Shown here: positions 20,626-31,179 of the stretch, piece by piece
Layout: every line of letters starts with the position of its first letter
How positions within the stretch are numbered: the first letter of the stretch is position 1
Origin: Archangium sp.
Lineage (GTDB): Bacteria; Myxococcota; Myxococcia; Myxococcales; Myxococcaceae
Direction of reading: 5' to 3'
Length of the DNA: 32,428 bases
NCBI GenBank assembly: GCA_031367385.1
Contig: JANLPS010000423.1
Location: forward strand, 1 to 32,428
Position numbers and translations under genes: made by a program
The notes under the pieces: generated by a model
Databases searched by the model: none
The model's input: only the letters and a program-made list of their open reading frames with translations
Told to the model about the DNA's origin: nothing

Positions 20626-20641
20626 TGCAACTCATGCGCCC
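20626..20641 (-). promoter_or_regulatory. sigma54-type -24/-12 promoter
   Basis: GGGCGCATGAGTTGCA (GG-N10-GC), 43 bp upstream of ATG 20582 with an AAGGAG RBS in between. Confidence 0.65.
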
Positions 20642-20695
20642 ATCGTTTGCTTTGAGTTTCGACTGGTTAGCCGAAACCAGACTGCCCCAATCACT

Positions 20696-21118
20696 TCAGG
20701 CGGCGCTGGCCTTGGCGCGCAGCAAATCGGTCGCGCAGGTGATGTTCTTCTGGCCGTACTGGGCGAGGTCGTGTGCCATGACCTCCAACGATGCCGACGG
20801 TTGCACCGCGCGCAGCGAGTTGGCCTTGAGCAGCATCGGCAGGTTCACGCCGGTCAAAACCTCCATGCGGTTTTGGCGGCAGAGGCTCAGGCTCTGCGTG
20901 CAGGGGCTGCCACCGATCAAATCGGCGAACACAATCACGCCCGCGCCATCATCGACGGCCTTCACGGCGTTCTTGAGCGCCAGCTTAATCTCTTCGGGAG
21001 AAGCGCTCGTGTCGACGCTGCACGAGACACAATTGGGCAAGTCTCCGACGATTTGTCGGGCAGTGGAGATCAACTCCTCTGCGAGTCGGCCGTGCGATGC
21101 GACGACGAGTCCAACCAT
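20696..21118 (-). CDS. PTS EIIA component, mannose/fructose family
   Basis: MVGLVVASHG (phospho-His), GVIVFADLIGGSP, VLTGVNLPMLL; GGAG RBS. Confidence 0.92.
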   Translation of the reverse strand: MVGLVVASHGRLAEELISTARQIVGDLPNCVSCSVDTSASPEEIKLALKNAVKAVDDGAGVIVFADLIGGSPCTQSLSLCRQNRMEVLTGVNLPMLLKANSLRAVQPSASLEVMAHDLAQYGQKNITCATDLLRAKASAA

Positions 21119-21294
21119 GACGACTACTCCAGTAGGTTTCACCACGCCCCCGCGCGCGAGACCTAAGCGTCGAGTATCCCTCTCTTTTGAATGAAGCAAC
21201 ACTGCTTGGCGCGTTTTTCGGTCGCTGCGCTCAAAAGGTACGCATTTCACCGATATCACTCGATGATCTGCGCACGGGCCGAAGGACCAGTGTC

Positions 21295-23373
21295 TTACCG
21301 CCGCAGCAAAGTGCCCTCGAAAAAGAAGAGCATGACAGCGAGCACGAGCAGCCACGTCCACAGGGGGGTTTTCTGGCTCGGCCCCCCGAACCCGGCGGTT
21401 TTGACCACATCTTCACCGAACCAGGCGGCCAGCTCGTCTTGACCGTGGCGGGTGGTGTCGCTGGCGGCGGGGTCGAGGGTGGCGGCGAAGGGCACCGTCT
21501 GCCCGTTGGTCATCACCAGGCTGAAGCGGCCAGGCTGGGCCAAAGGGCCTCCGCTGACCGAAGTGCCGTCGGCCGCCCGGGTCATCGCGAGCTCGGTACC
21601 CGAAGGGTCTTTCAGGGCGGTCGGCACCTGGCCTTGCTCGAGCGGGAGGGTCACCAGCTCGCCGACCCGGGCGCGGGTCTGTTCGTGCTCGTCGAGGGTG
21701 CCGCTCAACCACCCGGCCACCCGCTGAATCATCGGCAAGAACGCGGTTCGAATCGGAGCGTCGCACCACTCTCGGTTGACCGACGAGGCGAAGGCGAACA
21801 CCCGGCCCCGGCCCTTGCGCGCGGTGAGAAACGCCGGCGCACCATCATCAATGACGCCAATGACCTCGACGTCTTGAGAGGCGTCTGACTCGAAGAGCAT
21901 GTAGCGGTAGAACCGGGTCGACAGCAGGCCCTCTCGCGCGCGGCCGGTGAAGGGCACCCATACCGGGTGCGTGGCCGTGACGTTTTGCAGGCGCGCGGCG
22001 CGGGTCGCGGCGTCGGCGGCGGTGGGCTCGACGGCGGTCTTCATCACCCGCAGGCGCCGGGGCAGCACCGGGCCCAGCATGGCATTGTAGGCATCGGGCT
22101 CGACGCGGTCGCCCATGCTGACGAAGAGCCCTCCGCCGTTCTGCACGAAGCTGACGAGCTTGGCGGCGACCTCGGCCGCGGGTGCGGTCACGTTGAGCAG
22201 CAGCACGACATCGTAGCCGCCAAAGTCTTCGCGCCAGGCGGCGTCAGCGTCGCGCACCACCGCTCGCACCGGGCTGCCGGTCGAGGCGAGGGCGGCGTCG
22301 ACGAAGAACGCCTCATCGCGAAATTTTTGCGTGCTGGGAGAGCCATTGATGATCAGCGCCTTGAGCTCTTTGGGTACCGCCAACACCAGCGCCCGGGTGT
22401 CGTCTTCGGGCAGCGCGTCGGGGGTGAGTTGGCCCTCGACGAGCATCGAGCCCCCCTTGGTGAACTGGTAGGTCATTACCTTTTGCGCCGTGCCGTGCGG
22501 GGCCAGATCGACGAAGCCCTTCGAGACGATTTCACCGTCGACCTTGAGCACCAGCTCGACGTCACGGGCTTCGCTCTCGCTGAAGTTGCGCACCGTCCAC
22601 GTGAATTGCCAGGCGCGCGGGCCCACCTGCGGCGCGGGCTCCGCACGCACGTCGACCAGCGCGCGGTTCGGCAACCCTTTGCCCCCCGTGACGTCGCGCA
22701 GCACCACCTCGGGTTTGATTTTTTCACCCTTGGGGCCGGTGGAGATCGGCGGAGGGCTCTCCAAGCGCAGCGCGCCTTGGGTGAAGGCGCTGATCAGCAC
22801 GATGCGGCGATTGGCCAGCGGGCTCTCGTTCATCGCGGCGGCGGCTTGGTCGAGGCACCGGTTCAGATCAGCGAGCTCGTACGAGGCTTTGAGCTCGCTC
22901 AAGCTGCTGATCAACCGCGCCCGGTCGAAGTTGAGCGGCGCCATCGAGCTCACCGAAGCACCACACGAGAGCAACGCGGCTGGCTCTTCGGGCATCAGCT
23001 CTTGCGCGGCCGCCCTCGCCTGCTTTCGGGCCTCTTCGAACAGCGAGCTGCCGTCGCGCCATCGCATCGAGAGCGAGGTGTCGACCACGATGACGGTCGC
23101 CGCGGCACCGCGCGCGGTCTTGACCAGAGCGCTGTCAGCCCACTCGGGCTTGGCCAACGCGAGGGGCACCGCCAGCAGCAGCAAGGTGCGTAAGGTGTAC
23201 AAAATCAAGCGCTTGAGCCGCAGGCGCGAGGCCGTTCGACGCTGGCTGCGGAGCACGAAGCTGATGGCCGCGAAAGGCACCTGGCGTGGCCTTCGGCGAT
23301 CGAACAGGTGCACCAGCACGGGGATGAGGGCACCAAGCATGCCCAGCAACATGAAGGGGTGGGCGAATGTCAC
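21295..23373 (-). CDS. BatA N-terminal + vWA domain membrane protein
   Basis: F.HP..L....IPVLVHL..RRRPRQVPF BatA motif, VDTSLSM MIDAS, GATase-like LVSFVQNGGGL segment, C-terminal TM. Confidence 0.9.
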   Translation of the reverse strand: MTFAHPFMLLGMLGALIPVLVHLFDRRRPRQVPFAAISFVLRSQRRTASRLRLKRLILYTLRTLLLLAVPLALAKPEWADSALVKTARGAAATVIVVDTSLSMRWRDGSSLFEEARKQARAAAQELMPEEPAALLSCGASVSSMAPLNFDRARLISSLSELKASYELADLNRCLDQAAAAMNESPLANRRIVLISAFTQGALRLESPPPISTGPKGEKIKPEVVLRDVTGGKGLPNRALVDVRAEPAPQVGPRAWQFTWTVRNFSESEARDVELVLKVDGEIVSKGFVDLAPHGTAQKVMTYQFTKGGSMLVEGQLTPDALPEDDTRALVLAVPKELKALIINGSPSTQKFRDEAFFVDAALASTGSPVRAVVRDADAAWREDFGGYDVVLLLNVTAPAAEVAAKLVSFVQNGGGLFVSMGDRVEPDAYNAMLGPVLPRRLRVMKTAVEPTAADAATRAARLQNVTATHPVWVPFTGRAREGLLSTRFYRYMLFESDASQDVEVIGVIDDGAPAFLTARKGRGRVFAFASSVNREWCDAPIRTAFLPMIQRVAGWLSGTLDEHEQTRARVGELVTLPLEQGQVPTALKDPSGTELAMTRAADGTSVSGGPLAQPGRFSLVMTNGQTVPFAATLDPAASDTTRHGQDELAAWFGEDVVKTAGFGGPSQKTPLWTWLLVLAVMLFFFEGTLLRR

Positions 23374-24257
23374 GGGCGGCCACCACCGGCGCGGCGAGAG
23401 AGAAACCGCAGCACCACCTGGTCGAGAGGCTCGTCGGTGCGCACCTGCTCATAGTCGACGTCGGCGGCGGTGCAGGCCGCCTTGGTCGCCGCGAGAAACG
23501 CGTTGAACTCTTCGAGGTAGCTCTGTTTGATTTCTCGCGGGTTCACTTCGATGCGCCGCTCGTCTTCGAGCGAGAGAAACAGCGTCGGGTCATCGAACGG
23601 AAACGTGAGCTCGGCCGGGTCGACCACTTGAAAGACCGCCACGTCGTGCTTGCGGGCCCGCAGTGAGAGCAAGCGCTTCAACGCATCGGCTCGATCATCG
23701 AAGAAGTCTGAGAACAAGCACACCAAGGCCCGGCGCGGCAGCTTGTCGGCGAGCTGATCAGCCACCGTCACCAGATCAGTCGACCCGCTCGCTTCGGCGT
23801 TCTCGAGCGCGTCGAGCACCACGTTCAGGTGCGTGGCCGCCGCCCGCGGAGGAATCTCGCGAATCGTGCCTCCGCTCACCAACGAGACCCCCGCGGCGTC
23901 TTGTTGCCGAACCAGCAGGTGCGAGATGGTGGCCGCGAGCACCTTGGCGACGTCGAGCTTGGTCAGCGCGCCCGAGCCGTAGCCCATCGACCCCGAGGTA
24001 TCGACGACCATCACCGCCCGCAGGTTGGTCTCGTGCTCGAAGCGCTTCACGTAGAACTTGTCGAACTTGCCGTACGCCTTCCAGTCGAGGTGTTTGAGCT
24101 CGTCGCCGGGCGCGTACTCTTTGTGCTCGGCGAACTCGACGCTCTGCCCCTGGTGCGGAGACTTGTGCAACCCCGACAACACCCCCTCGACCACCGCCCG
24201 CGCGCGTACCTTGACGCCCTTGAGCTTCGACAACGTCTGGGCATCGAGGAGCGACAT
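23370..24257 (-). CDS. DUF58 family vWA-like MoxR partner
   Basis: GLHKSPHQGQSVEFAEHKEYAPGDELKHLDWK, VDTSGSM, FSDF. Confidence 0.95.
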   Translation of the reverse strand: MSLLDAQTLSKLKGVKVRARAVVEGVLSGLHKSPHQGQSVEFAEHKEYAPGDELKHLDWKAYGKFDKFYVKRFEHETNLRAVMVVDTSGSMGYGSGALTKLDVAKVLAATISHLLVRQQDAAGVSLVSGGTIREIPPRAAATHLNVVLDALENAEASGSTDLVTVADQLADKLPRRALVCLFSDFFDDRADALKRLLSLRARKHDVAVFQVVDPAELTFPFDDPTLFLSLEDERRIEVNPREIKQSYLEEFNAFLAATKAACTAADVDYEQVRTDEPLDQVVLRFLSRRAGGGRP

Positions 24258-24269
24258 GGCGGTTGTGGC

Positions 24270-25283
24270 TTACGCGCGAACCCGCTCGAGAATCTGGTCG
24301 ATCAGCTTCACGCTGGTCAGGCCCTCGCTCTCGGCTGTGAAGTTCGGCAGCACCCGGTGGCGCAACACCGGCCTCGCCAACGCGCGAACGTCTTCGACCG
24401 AGGCGGCAAAGCGGCCCGAGAGAATCGCTCGGGCCTTGGCACCGACGACGAGGTACTGGCTCGCGCGGGGGCCGGCGCCCCACGAGACGTTCTTGGCGAT
24501 GAAGTCGAGCGCTCCGGGCTCTTTGGGCCGCGTCATGCGAACGATGTCGACCGCGTACTTGACCACGTGATCAGGTACCGGCACCCGCCGCACCAGGTTC
24601 TGCAGCGCGAGAATCTGCTCGGGCGAGAGTACCTTGCTCAAGCTCACTTGCTGGCCCGAAGTGGTCTGCTTCACGATTTGAATCTCTTCTTCGGCGCTCG
24701 GGTAGCCCACATCGACCAGAAACATGAAGCGGTCGAGCTGTGCTTCGGGCAGCGGGTAGGTGCCCTCTTGCTCAATGGGGTTCTGGGTGGCGAAGACCAG
24801 AAACGGTTGCTCGAGCTGCCAGGTGCGACCCGAGGCGGTGACCCGGTATTCTTGCATCGCTTGCAGCAGCGCGGCCTGGGTCTTCGGCGGCGTACGATTC
24901 ACCTCGTCGGCGAGCACGATGTTCGCGAACAGCGGGCCCTTCAAAAAGCGCATGTCGCGGCGGCCAGTGGCGCGGTCTTCTTCGAGAATGTCGGTGCCGG
25001 TGATATCTGACGGCATCAGGTCGGGCGTGAACTGCACCCGGTTGAAGCTCAGGTTGAGCACCTCGGCCAGGGTGCTGATCAGCAGCGTCTTGGCCAGGCC
25101 GGGCACGCCGACGAAGAGGCAGTGGCCACGTGAGAAGAGCGAGATCAGCAGGTGGTCGACCACCTCGCGCTGACCCACCACCCGCTTCTCGATTTGCTGC
25201 AACACCGCCGAACGCGCTTCGGCCAACGCTTCGACTGCCTTCAGGTCATCGCCGGTCGTGGCCGGCACATCGGGGCTCGTCAT
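24270..25283 (-). CDS. moxR: MoxR family AAA+ ATPase
   Basis: [60 protein letters not shown]. Confidence 0.95.
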   Translation of the reverse strand: MTSPDVPATTGDDLKAVEALAEARSAVLQQIEKRVVGQREVVDHLLISLFSRGHCLFVGVPGLAKTLLISTLAEVLNLSFNRVQFTPDLMPSDITGTDILEEDRATGRRDMRFLKGPLFANIVLADEVNRTPPKTQAALLQAMQEYRVTASGRTWQLEQPFLVFATQNPIEQEGTYPLPEAQLDRFMFLVDVGYPSAEEEIQIVKQTTSGQQVSLSKVLSPEQILALQNLVRRVPVPDHVVKYAVDIVRMTRPKEPGALDFIAKNVSWGAGPRASQYLVVGAKARAILSGRFAASVEDVRALARPVLRHRVLPNFTAESEGLTSVKLIDQILERVRA

Positions 25284-25329
25284 CTGGGGGTGCGTTCTAA
25301 CCCCCGAACGCCCCGCCGTCACCCGCATC

Positions 25330-28300
25330 TCAGAGGGGAAACTCGATAACGAAGGGCGAGAAGTCAGACCGAATGTTGCTCGAAGTGGCCCGGTTGACCG
25401 TGACCGTGGTGCCCGAGATTGAAAGCGTGCCGGTGGCGAAGCCGACATTGCCGCCGCCGGTGTCGAAGGTTTCACCCCAAGACTGGCCCCCGAACCCCTG
25501 AGCACCCAGCAGCAGCACCGTTCGGTCAGGCGTGGGCGCACTGCCGACCGTGCAGGTGCCCGAGCTGACAACGGGGTTCACGTTGGTGCCGATTTGCACG
25601 GTGCAGCTCTGCACCGAGTTGGTGTTCGGCATCTGAATTCGCTCGTAGACCACTTCTTTGAGCCCGGTATTGGTGCAAACGGTGTTGCCGTTGCCTGAGC
25701 TGCGGGCGAGCGTGGCTTGCGTCGCACTCGAGGCGGTGACCCGCATCGCCCGCTTACAGGTGGCCGACGAGGTGTTGTCTCCAGGGTCGAACCGGGTCAT
25801 TGCCAACGCGAAGGTTCTGGTCGTCGGCAGTGAGGCCGAGCCCACGCTGTACGTCGCGGAGTTCTTCGCTTGGCTGCCAGTGCCACGCTCCACCGTGAGG
25901 CCGTCGTATTCAACGATCTGGGCGCTCCACGAAATCGGTCGGATCATGAAGGTCGCCGAGCTGCCGAACGTCAAGGTCGTCGCGTCTTGCAGCCGCGCTG
26001 TGACGAAATCTTCGGTGCCGATGGTGGCGCCATCGTTCGCGTTGCTGAAGAGCAAAAAGCTGCGGTTCAACGTCACCGAGCCAAAGCTGACGCTGGCAGT
26101 GGCGCTGTTCGAGCTCTCGACGCCGTTGAGATGCTGTACATTCAAACCACCCGCGTATGAGCCGCTCGTGCCGCGACCCATTGAGACCGTCTGCCAGGCG
26201 ATGCTCACCGGGGCGACGGTCGTCGCAGAGAAGCGGTTGCAGTTGATGGTCGAGGTATCGGTCAGCACGCACTTCACGGTCGCCCCATTGGTGGTGCTGT
26301 CGTCGGCGGTGGCCTGAAATACCATGAAGGTGTGGGAGATGTTGTTGCTCGCGCCCGGTATCACCGGCGAGATTGTGCAGTTCACAAAAGAGGTGAGCGT
26401 GGGAATGGTGCAGGTGCCCCGGCGCACCAGGGGCAGTGCGGTCACGGTCGGCGCGTCGGCGGTGAACCCGCTGTTGCTGTCGGTGGAGGTGATGGTCACC
26501 GTGGTCGAAGGCGCGGAGTGGCCTCTGATGTAGACGGTGAGACTCGCGCTCCCGTCGGGGATGCTGGGCGAGCCCAGGGCGGCGGTGCAGCTCGCGTCGG
26601 AGTGCACGGTAATGGCGGGGGAGTTCGAGCTCACGCTCAGCGGCGTGACGCCTTTGGTCCAATCAGCGCCCGAGACCTGGCGCTTGATGACTACCGCTTC
26701 GCAATCGAAATATTCGATCGAGGTGGTGGCGGGCGTCGCCACGAGGGCGCCGGCCGACCCGTTGACAGTGACGTTCGCGTTGGGCGTCGCCGTGTAGGTT
26801 GCGCTCGAGTCGGAGACATTCACGTTGACCGAGCCGCTGCCGATTGCCTGTACGCCGAAGGCCGCTGAGGCTGCAGCCATCGGGTAGCTGATGGTCGTCG
26901 TCGCACTGCCCGAGCAGTCAGTGGCCGCATAGAAGATCAACCCGGCAGTCGCAGTGCTGGCATTGAGGTTGAGGGTCTTGTTCGAGGGCGCCGAGGCGAT
27001 GACGTTGGCGTACGCATCGACGAGCTGAACTTCGCCCATCGAGCACCCGGTGAAGCGGGTCAACGGGCTCGCGGGCATCGTCTTCCACGTCAGGGCGGCG
27101 GCTGAGGCGGGGTTGACCGACCACGACTGGGCCACGGTAATCGGCCCGGTGATGGCCGCTTGAATCGCCGTCGTGGGCGCCGTGGAGAGGCGGAAGGAGA
27201 AGGTCACCGCCGAACCATCAGCGGGAATGGTGACGGTGGTGACCGGCGCCGCCGAGCAACTGCCGTTCGAATAGAACTGGGCGGTGCCGGTGGTCGCGCT
27301 CAAGGTCACGGTCAAGCCAGCGCCTCCGGGCTTGAACACGTTGTCATACGAATCGAACGCCTGAACCGTGCTCGAGGTGCACGCGCCCGCGGTGACCGTG
27401 CCGGCCGCGGTGCCCAGCTTCAGCTTGTTCGCCGCGCCCGCGTTCACTGTGAGCATCAACGTCGGCATCGATGAGGCGAAGGCGGCGGTCAGCGTCACCG
27501 AGCCTGCCACGGTGTTGATGACCGAGAACGAATGCGCGGTTTCGGCGGCTCCAAAAGTGACCGAGCCGGTCGCGGCCGAGCCTCCGGCGCAGTCGGTGCT
27601 CGTGTAGAACGCGGTGGCTGCGGTGGCGCTCACGGTGGCCGTCACGCCGCCGCCAGTCGCCGGGTTGCCGAACGCATCTTTTCGGTCGAGGGTGAGGGTT
27701 TGGCACACCCCAGCGGTGAGGCTGCTTGGAGGGCTCGACCAGCTCACGCTCGCGGTCGCCGCCGCGTTCACGTTGACGGTGGTGGTGTTCATCAGCGAGC
27801 CGCCGTCGTTGATGGTGTAGTTGCCGCTGGGCACCAGCGTAGGCCTCACGAAGAACGTGCCCGACGCGGTGCCTCCTGACGAGACCGAGGTGGTCGAGCT
27901 GGTGTTCGCGTTGCAATTCGCCAGCGTGGCAAACGCGCTCGCGCCGCTGGGCACCGAGATGTTGAAGTTGCCTGCGTATGGCACCGGCGAGTTGAACGCA
28001 TCTCGGCGCTCGACGGTGAGCTGCGCGCACGTGCCTGCGGTAATCGAGCCCGAGGGCGTGGTGGTGAAGACCAACGAGGTCGCCATGCCGGGTGAGACGC
28101 TGAACGTGGCGGCGGGGTTGGTCGAAAGCGAGCTGCTGGGGGTCACGGTCAGGGTGCCGGTGCCGGTGGCCTTGAGCCAGAACGTCGTCTGCGTCGCAGA
28201 CCCAGCGATGGTGGCCGAGCTGCTCGAGGTGGTGCAGCCTGCGTTGCTGAAGAACTGCGCCGGCACGCCGGAGGCCGCCAAGCCAACGACGAGGGCCGCA

Positions 28301-31044
28301 GAATCGGGAGCCGAGTTGTTGAACGCGTCGCGCCGCTCGAGGGTCGCGGCGAAGCAATCGCCGGCGTTGAGGCTACCCGAGCCGTTTGCCGGAGTGACCC
28401 AGACCAAGGCGTTGGCGGCGGCCGCTCCGACGTTGAACGAGCCGACCGGGCTGCTGGTGATGCCGGCGTTGTCTTCGAACTTCGCGGTGTAGGTGAATGC
28501 GCCGACCGCAGTGGCTTTCACCCAGTAGGCGGCGGTCGCTCCCGAGCTGACCACGAGGCGATTCGAGCCCAATGGTGCTCCACCGAGGCAGTTGGCCTGC
28601 GAGTCGTACACGGTGACGCCGGTTGCGGGCGCCGCGGTGAAGTTCACTCCGGTCGCGACGCCGACGGGAGACTGATTGCCCGCGTGGTCGCGGCGCTCGA
28701 AGGTGACCTGGGTGCACGCACCGGCGGTCACATTCGCGCTCGTCGCGGTGGTGAGGGCCAGGCTGTAGTACGGCCCGGGCGTAGTGGTGAGCGTGGCTTG
28801 CGTGCCGCTGGTGCTGAAGCCGCCCGCGGTGGCGATCAACGTGTAGGTACTGACGAGCGCGCCCGAAGCCCAGACCTGTGTCTGGCTCGCCATCGCGCCG
28901 AAGCTGGCCTGCGCCCCGCCGCAACCCGCGGAGCCGCTGGCAGTGACTCCGCCGGCGACCGAGACTGTCGTATTGGAGCCGAAGACGGTGGGGTTGCCTT
29001 CACGGTCGCGCAGCTCGAGCGTGTACGACGCCGCCGTGCAGACCTCGGAGACCGCAGTTTGAGACAAGGTGCCAACCCAGACCAAGACGTACGGGTCGTT
29101 TCGAATGATCGTCTCTCGCTGCGTGATGGTCGACGACGAGGTGTACTGCGGAGCAGCGGCGAGCACGTCGTACCCGCCGGGCACCTTGCCCTTGTAATAG
29201 AAGCTGCCCTCAGCCGACCCGACGGGAATGACGATGTGGGTTTCGGGCGAGGCGTTGAGCGCCATCGTGCACTTGTCATCGCTGTAGAAGGTCAGGCCGG
29301 TGGCAGACACGTTCACCGTCAGCGGCAGGTCTTGCACCGCTGACCGGGTATTGGTGGCGTCTTGGGTCTCGATCACGATCGGCGACGCCGAGCAGTCGCC
29401 CGCCTTGGTCGTCGTGGGGCTCGAGATGTAGCCAATCGACACCGGAGGGCCGCCCGCGATGGTCGCGGTTTGCGTCGCCGCGGTGATGCCATTCGGGCCG
29501 GTGGCCGTCATGATGAACGTGCCGCGAGCAGTGCCTTTGATCGAGACCGGCGTCGACGCTCCCGCATTCGCGGGGATGGTGGCCATCAACGTCTCGGCGG
29601 TGGTGAGGCAGGTCGCGTCGGCCGAAAAAAGCAGCGTCGCCGTGCTCGCGCCGTTCACCTTCGCGCTCAGCGTCACCACGGTGTCGGTCGGCACGGTGGT
29701 CTGGTTGCCGAATTGATCTCTGACTCCGACACTGACCAGCGGGCCCGAGCAGGCGTTCGCGACCAAGCCGGGGGCCTGAGAGACGAAGCCCAGAATCGCC
29801 GCGGGAGCGGGGTCGACGGTCAACGCCAGCGTGCCCGGGTTGGTGACGGTCGACGACGAGGCGGTCACTGAGATCGACGGCCCCCCTCGGGTCGAGCGGG
29901 TCGAGCGCACGCGCAGGTTCACGTGGTCGACGTTGTCGAACGTGAAGGTCGACTTCGGCGCGGAACAGGTGGTGTCGCTCTCGTCGAAGAAGACGGTGCC
30001 GAACGCGGGGCTGGCGGCGACGGTGGCGGTGAGCGGCGTGATGGCCGGTGTGGCTTGCCCATTCTCGTCGGCGGTCTGCAGCGTCAGCACGGTGCAGTCA
30101 CCCGCGGTGGTGGTGACCGCAGCGGGTGAAAAGGTGAAGCCCGACACCGGCTTGGGTGTGACGGTGAACATCATCGTCGCGGTCTTGAGGCCGGCGGCCG
30201 CCGCGGTCAGGGTCTGCACGCCGTAGCTCGATGCCTTCGAGTACACGACGGTCTGGGTGGTCGCGTACTTGATGGTGGGGTTCGGCAGCGGCACCTTGCA
30301 CTGCGCGTCGGCAAAAAAATCAGTGCCCGCGAGCGTGCCGGTCAGGGTGAGCGCGACGTCTTTGGTGACCGCCGCGACGCCCACGCCGTCTTGCGACTGA
30401 ATGGTGATCGCGCTCGAGCAATCGAAGCGAAACGTGCCCGAGGGCGGCGCGCCCAAGAACGCCAACCGATCGGGAGGCCGCATGCACACCGAGCTGGTCG
30501 AGCACGCGGTGTCGGCGCAGAACACCAGGCCATCGCAGTTCTGGTCGACCGGGGTGTCGCACTTCTGCGTCGCGCCGGGGTACGCGTTGGGGTTGGCGTC
30601 ATCGCAATCGGTGCCGCCCTTCGAGGTTGCGACGACGCCGTCTCGGTCGGCGTCGAGCTGAGCGTCAGGGGGGCCCAGCGCCAGCGCGATGGTGTCGAGC
30701 CGGTTGGAGGGAAAGTTGACCGCCTTGAGCTCTCCGCGCGAGGCGAGCTTTCGGGTCGCCACGGCATCGCAGCTCACGCCCGAGTACCCGACCGCCTGCA
30801 CCTGCACCGCCGCGGGCAAATCAGCCTGCCGCACCGCGAAGCCCACCGGCGCATCACCCACCGGCCTCGGCACCACCGTGCTGGCGAGCAACGTGCCGTC
30901 GCCAACCTTTTGAATCTCGAGCGCGATGCAGTTGGTCGTCTTGAGCGAAGGCGCGACGGTGACCTGAATCAACAGGCCTCCGTCGGTGCCCTTGTCGCAG
31001 GCCGCCAAGGCGGTCACACAGGTTAAAACGAGCAGTCGTTTCAT
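25330..31044 (-). CDS. Giant (1904-aa) surface lipoprotein: MopE-like metal-binding motif, about 12 Ig-like modules, 4 C-terminal beta repeats
   Basis: Lipobox [32 protein letters not shown]; recurring AGxC...RDAFGN modules; Thr/Ser/Ala-rich. Confidence 0.88.
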   Translation of the reverse strand: MKRLLVLTCVTALAACDKGTDGGLLIQVTVAPSLKTTNCIALEIQKVGDGTLLASTVVPRPVGDAPVGFAVRQADLPAAVQVQAVGYSGVSCDAVATRKLASRGELKAVNFPSNRLDTIALALGPPDAQLDADRDGVVATSKGGTDCDDANPNAYPGATQKCDTPVDQNCDGLVFCADTACSTSSVCMRPPDRLAFLGAPPSGTFRFDCSSAITIQSQDGVGVAAVTKDVALTLTGTLAGTDFFADAQCKVPLPNPTIKYATTQTVVYSKASSYGVQTLTAAAAGLKTATMMFTVTPKPVSGFTFSPAAVTTTAGDCTVLTLQTADENGQATPAITPLTATVAASPAFGTVFFDESDTTCSAPKSTFTFDNVDHVNLRVRSTRSTRGGPSISVTASSSTVTNPGTLALTVDPAPAAILGFVSQAPGLVANACSGPLVSVGVRDQFGNQTTVPTDTVVTLSAKVNGASTATLLFSADATCLTTAETLMATIPANAGASTPVSIKGTARGTFIMTATGPNGITAATQTATIAGGPPVSIGYISSPTTTKAGDCSASPIVIETQDATNTRSAVQDLPLTVNVSATGLTFYSDDKCTMALNASPETHIVIPVGSAEGSFYYKGKVPGGYDVLAAAPQYTSSSTITQRETIIRNDPYVLVWVGTLSQTAVSEVCTAASYTLELRDREGNPTVFGSNTTVSVAGGVTASGSAGCGGAQASFGAMASQTQVWASGALVSTYTLIATAGGFSTSGTQATLTTTPGPYYSLALTTATSANVTAGACTQVTFERRDHAGNQSPVGVATGVNFTAAPATGVTVYDSQANCLGGAPLGSNRLVVSSGATAAYWVKATAVGAFTYTAKFEDNAGITSSPVGSFNVGAAAANALVWVTPANGSGSLNAGDCFAATLERRDAFNNSAPDSAALVVGLAASGVPAQFFSNAGCTTSSSSATIAGSATQTTFWLKATGTGTLTVTPSSSLSTNPAATFSVSPGMATSLVFTTTPSGSITAGTCAQLTVERRDAFNSPVPYAGNFNISVPSGASAFATLANCNANTSSTTSVSSGGTASGTFFVRPTLVPSGNYTINDGGSLMNTTTVNVNAAATASVSWSSPPSSLTAGVCQTLTLDRKDAFGNPATGGGVTATVSATAATAFYTSTDCAGGSAATGSVTFGAAETAHSFSVINTVAGSVTLTAAFASSMPTLMLTVNAGAANKLKLGTAAGTVTAGACTSSTVQAFDSYDNVFKPGGAGLTVTLSATTGTAQFYSNGSCSAAPVTTVTIPADGSAVTFSFRLSTAPTTAIQAAITGPITVAQSWSVNPASAAALTWKTMPASPLTRFTGCSMGEVQLVDAYANVIASAPSNKTLNLNASTATAGLIFYAATDCSGSATTTISYPMAAASAAFGVQAIGSGSVNVNVSDSSATYTATPNANVTVNGSAGALVATPATTSIEYFDCEAVVIKRQVSGADWTKGVTPLSVSSNSPAITVHSDASCTAALGSPSIPDGSASLTVYIRGHSAPSTTVTITSTDSNSGFTADAPTVTALPLVRRGTCTIPTLTSFVNCTISPVIPGASNNISHTFMVFQATADDSTTNGATVKCVLTDTSTINCNRFSATTVAPVSIAWQTVSMGRGTSGSYAGGLNVQHLNGVESSNSATASVSFGSVTLNRSFLLFSNANDGATIGTEDFVTARLQDATTLTFGSSATFMIRPISWSAQIVEYDGLTVERGTGSQAKNSATYSVGSASLPTTRTFALAMTRFDPGDNTSSATCKRAMRVTASSATQATLARSSGNGNTVCTNTGLKEVVYERIQMPNTNSVQSCTVQIGTNVNPVVSSGTCTVGSAPTPDRTVLLLGAQGFGGQSWGETFDTGGGNVGFATGTLSISGTTVTVNRATSSNIRSDFSPFVIEFPL

Positions 31045-31179
31045 GGGTTTGAACGAGTCTTTGCGATGAAGAAGCGGCCCCCGAGCGAGCCGCCTGACCT
31101 TGGGTTTCAAGGTACCACGAGGCGAGGGCGACATTCGAGAAACGCCCTTGTGTGCCGAAGGCCCACACCCAGTGTGAAA

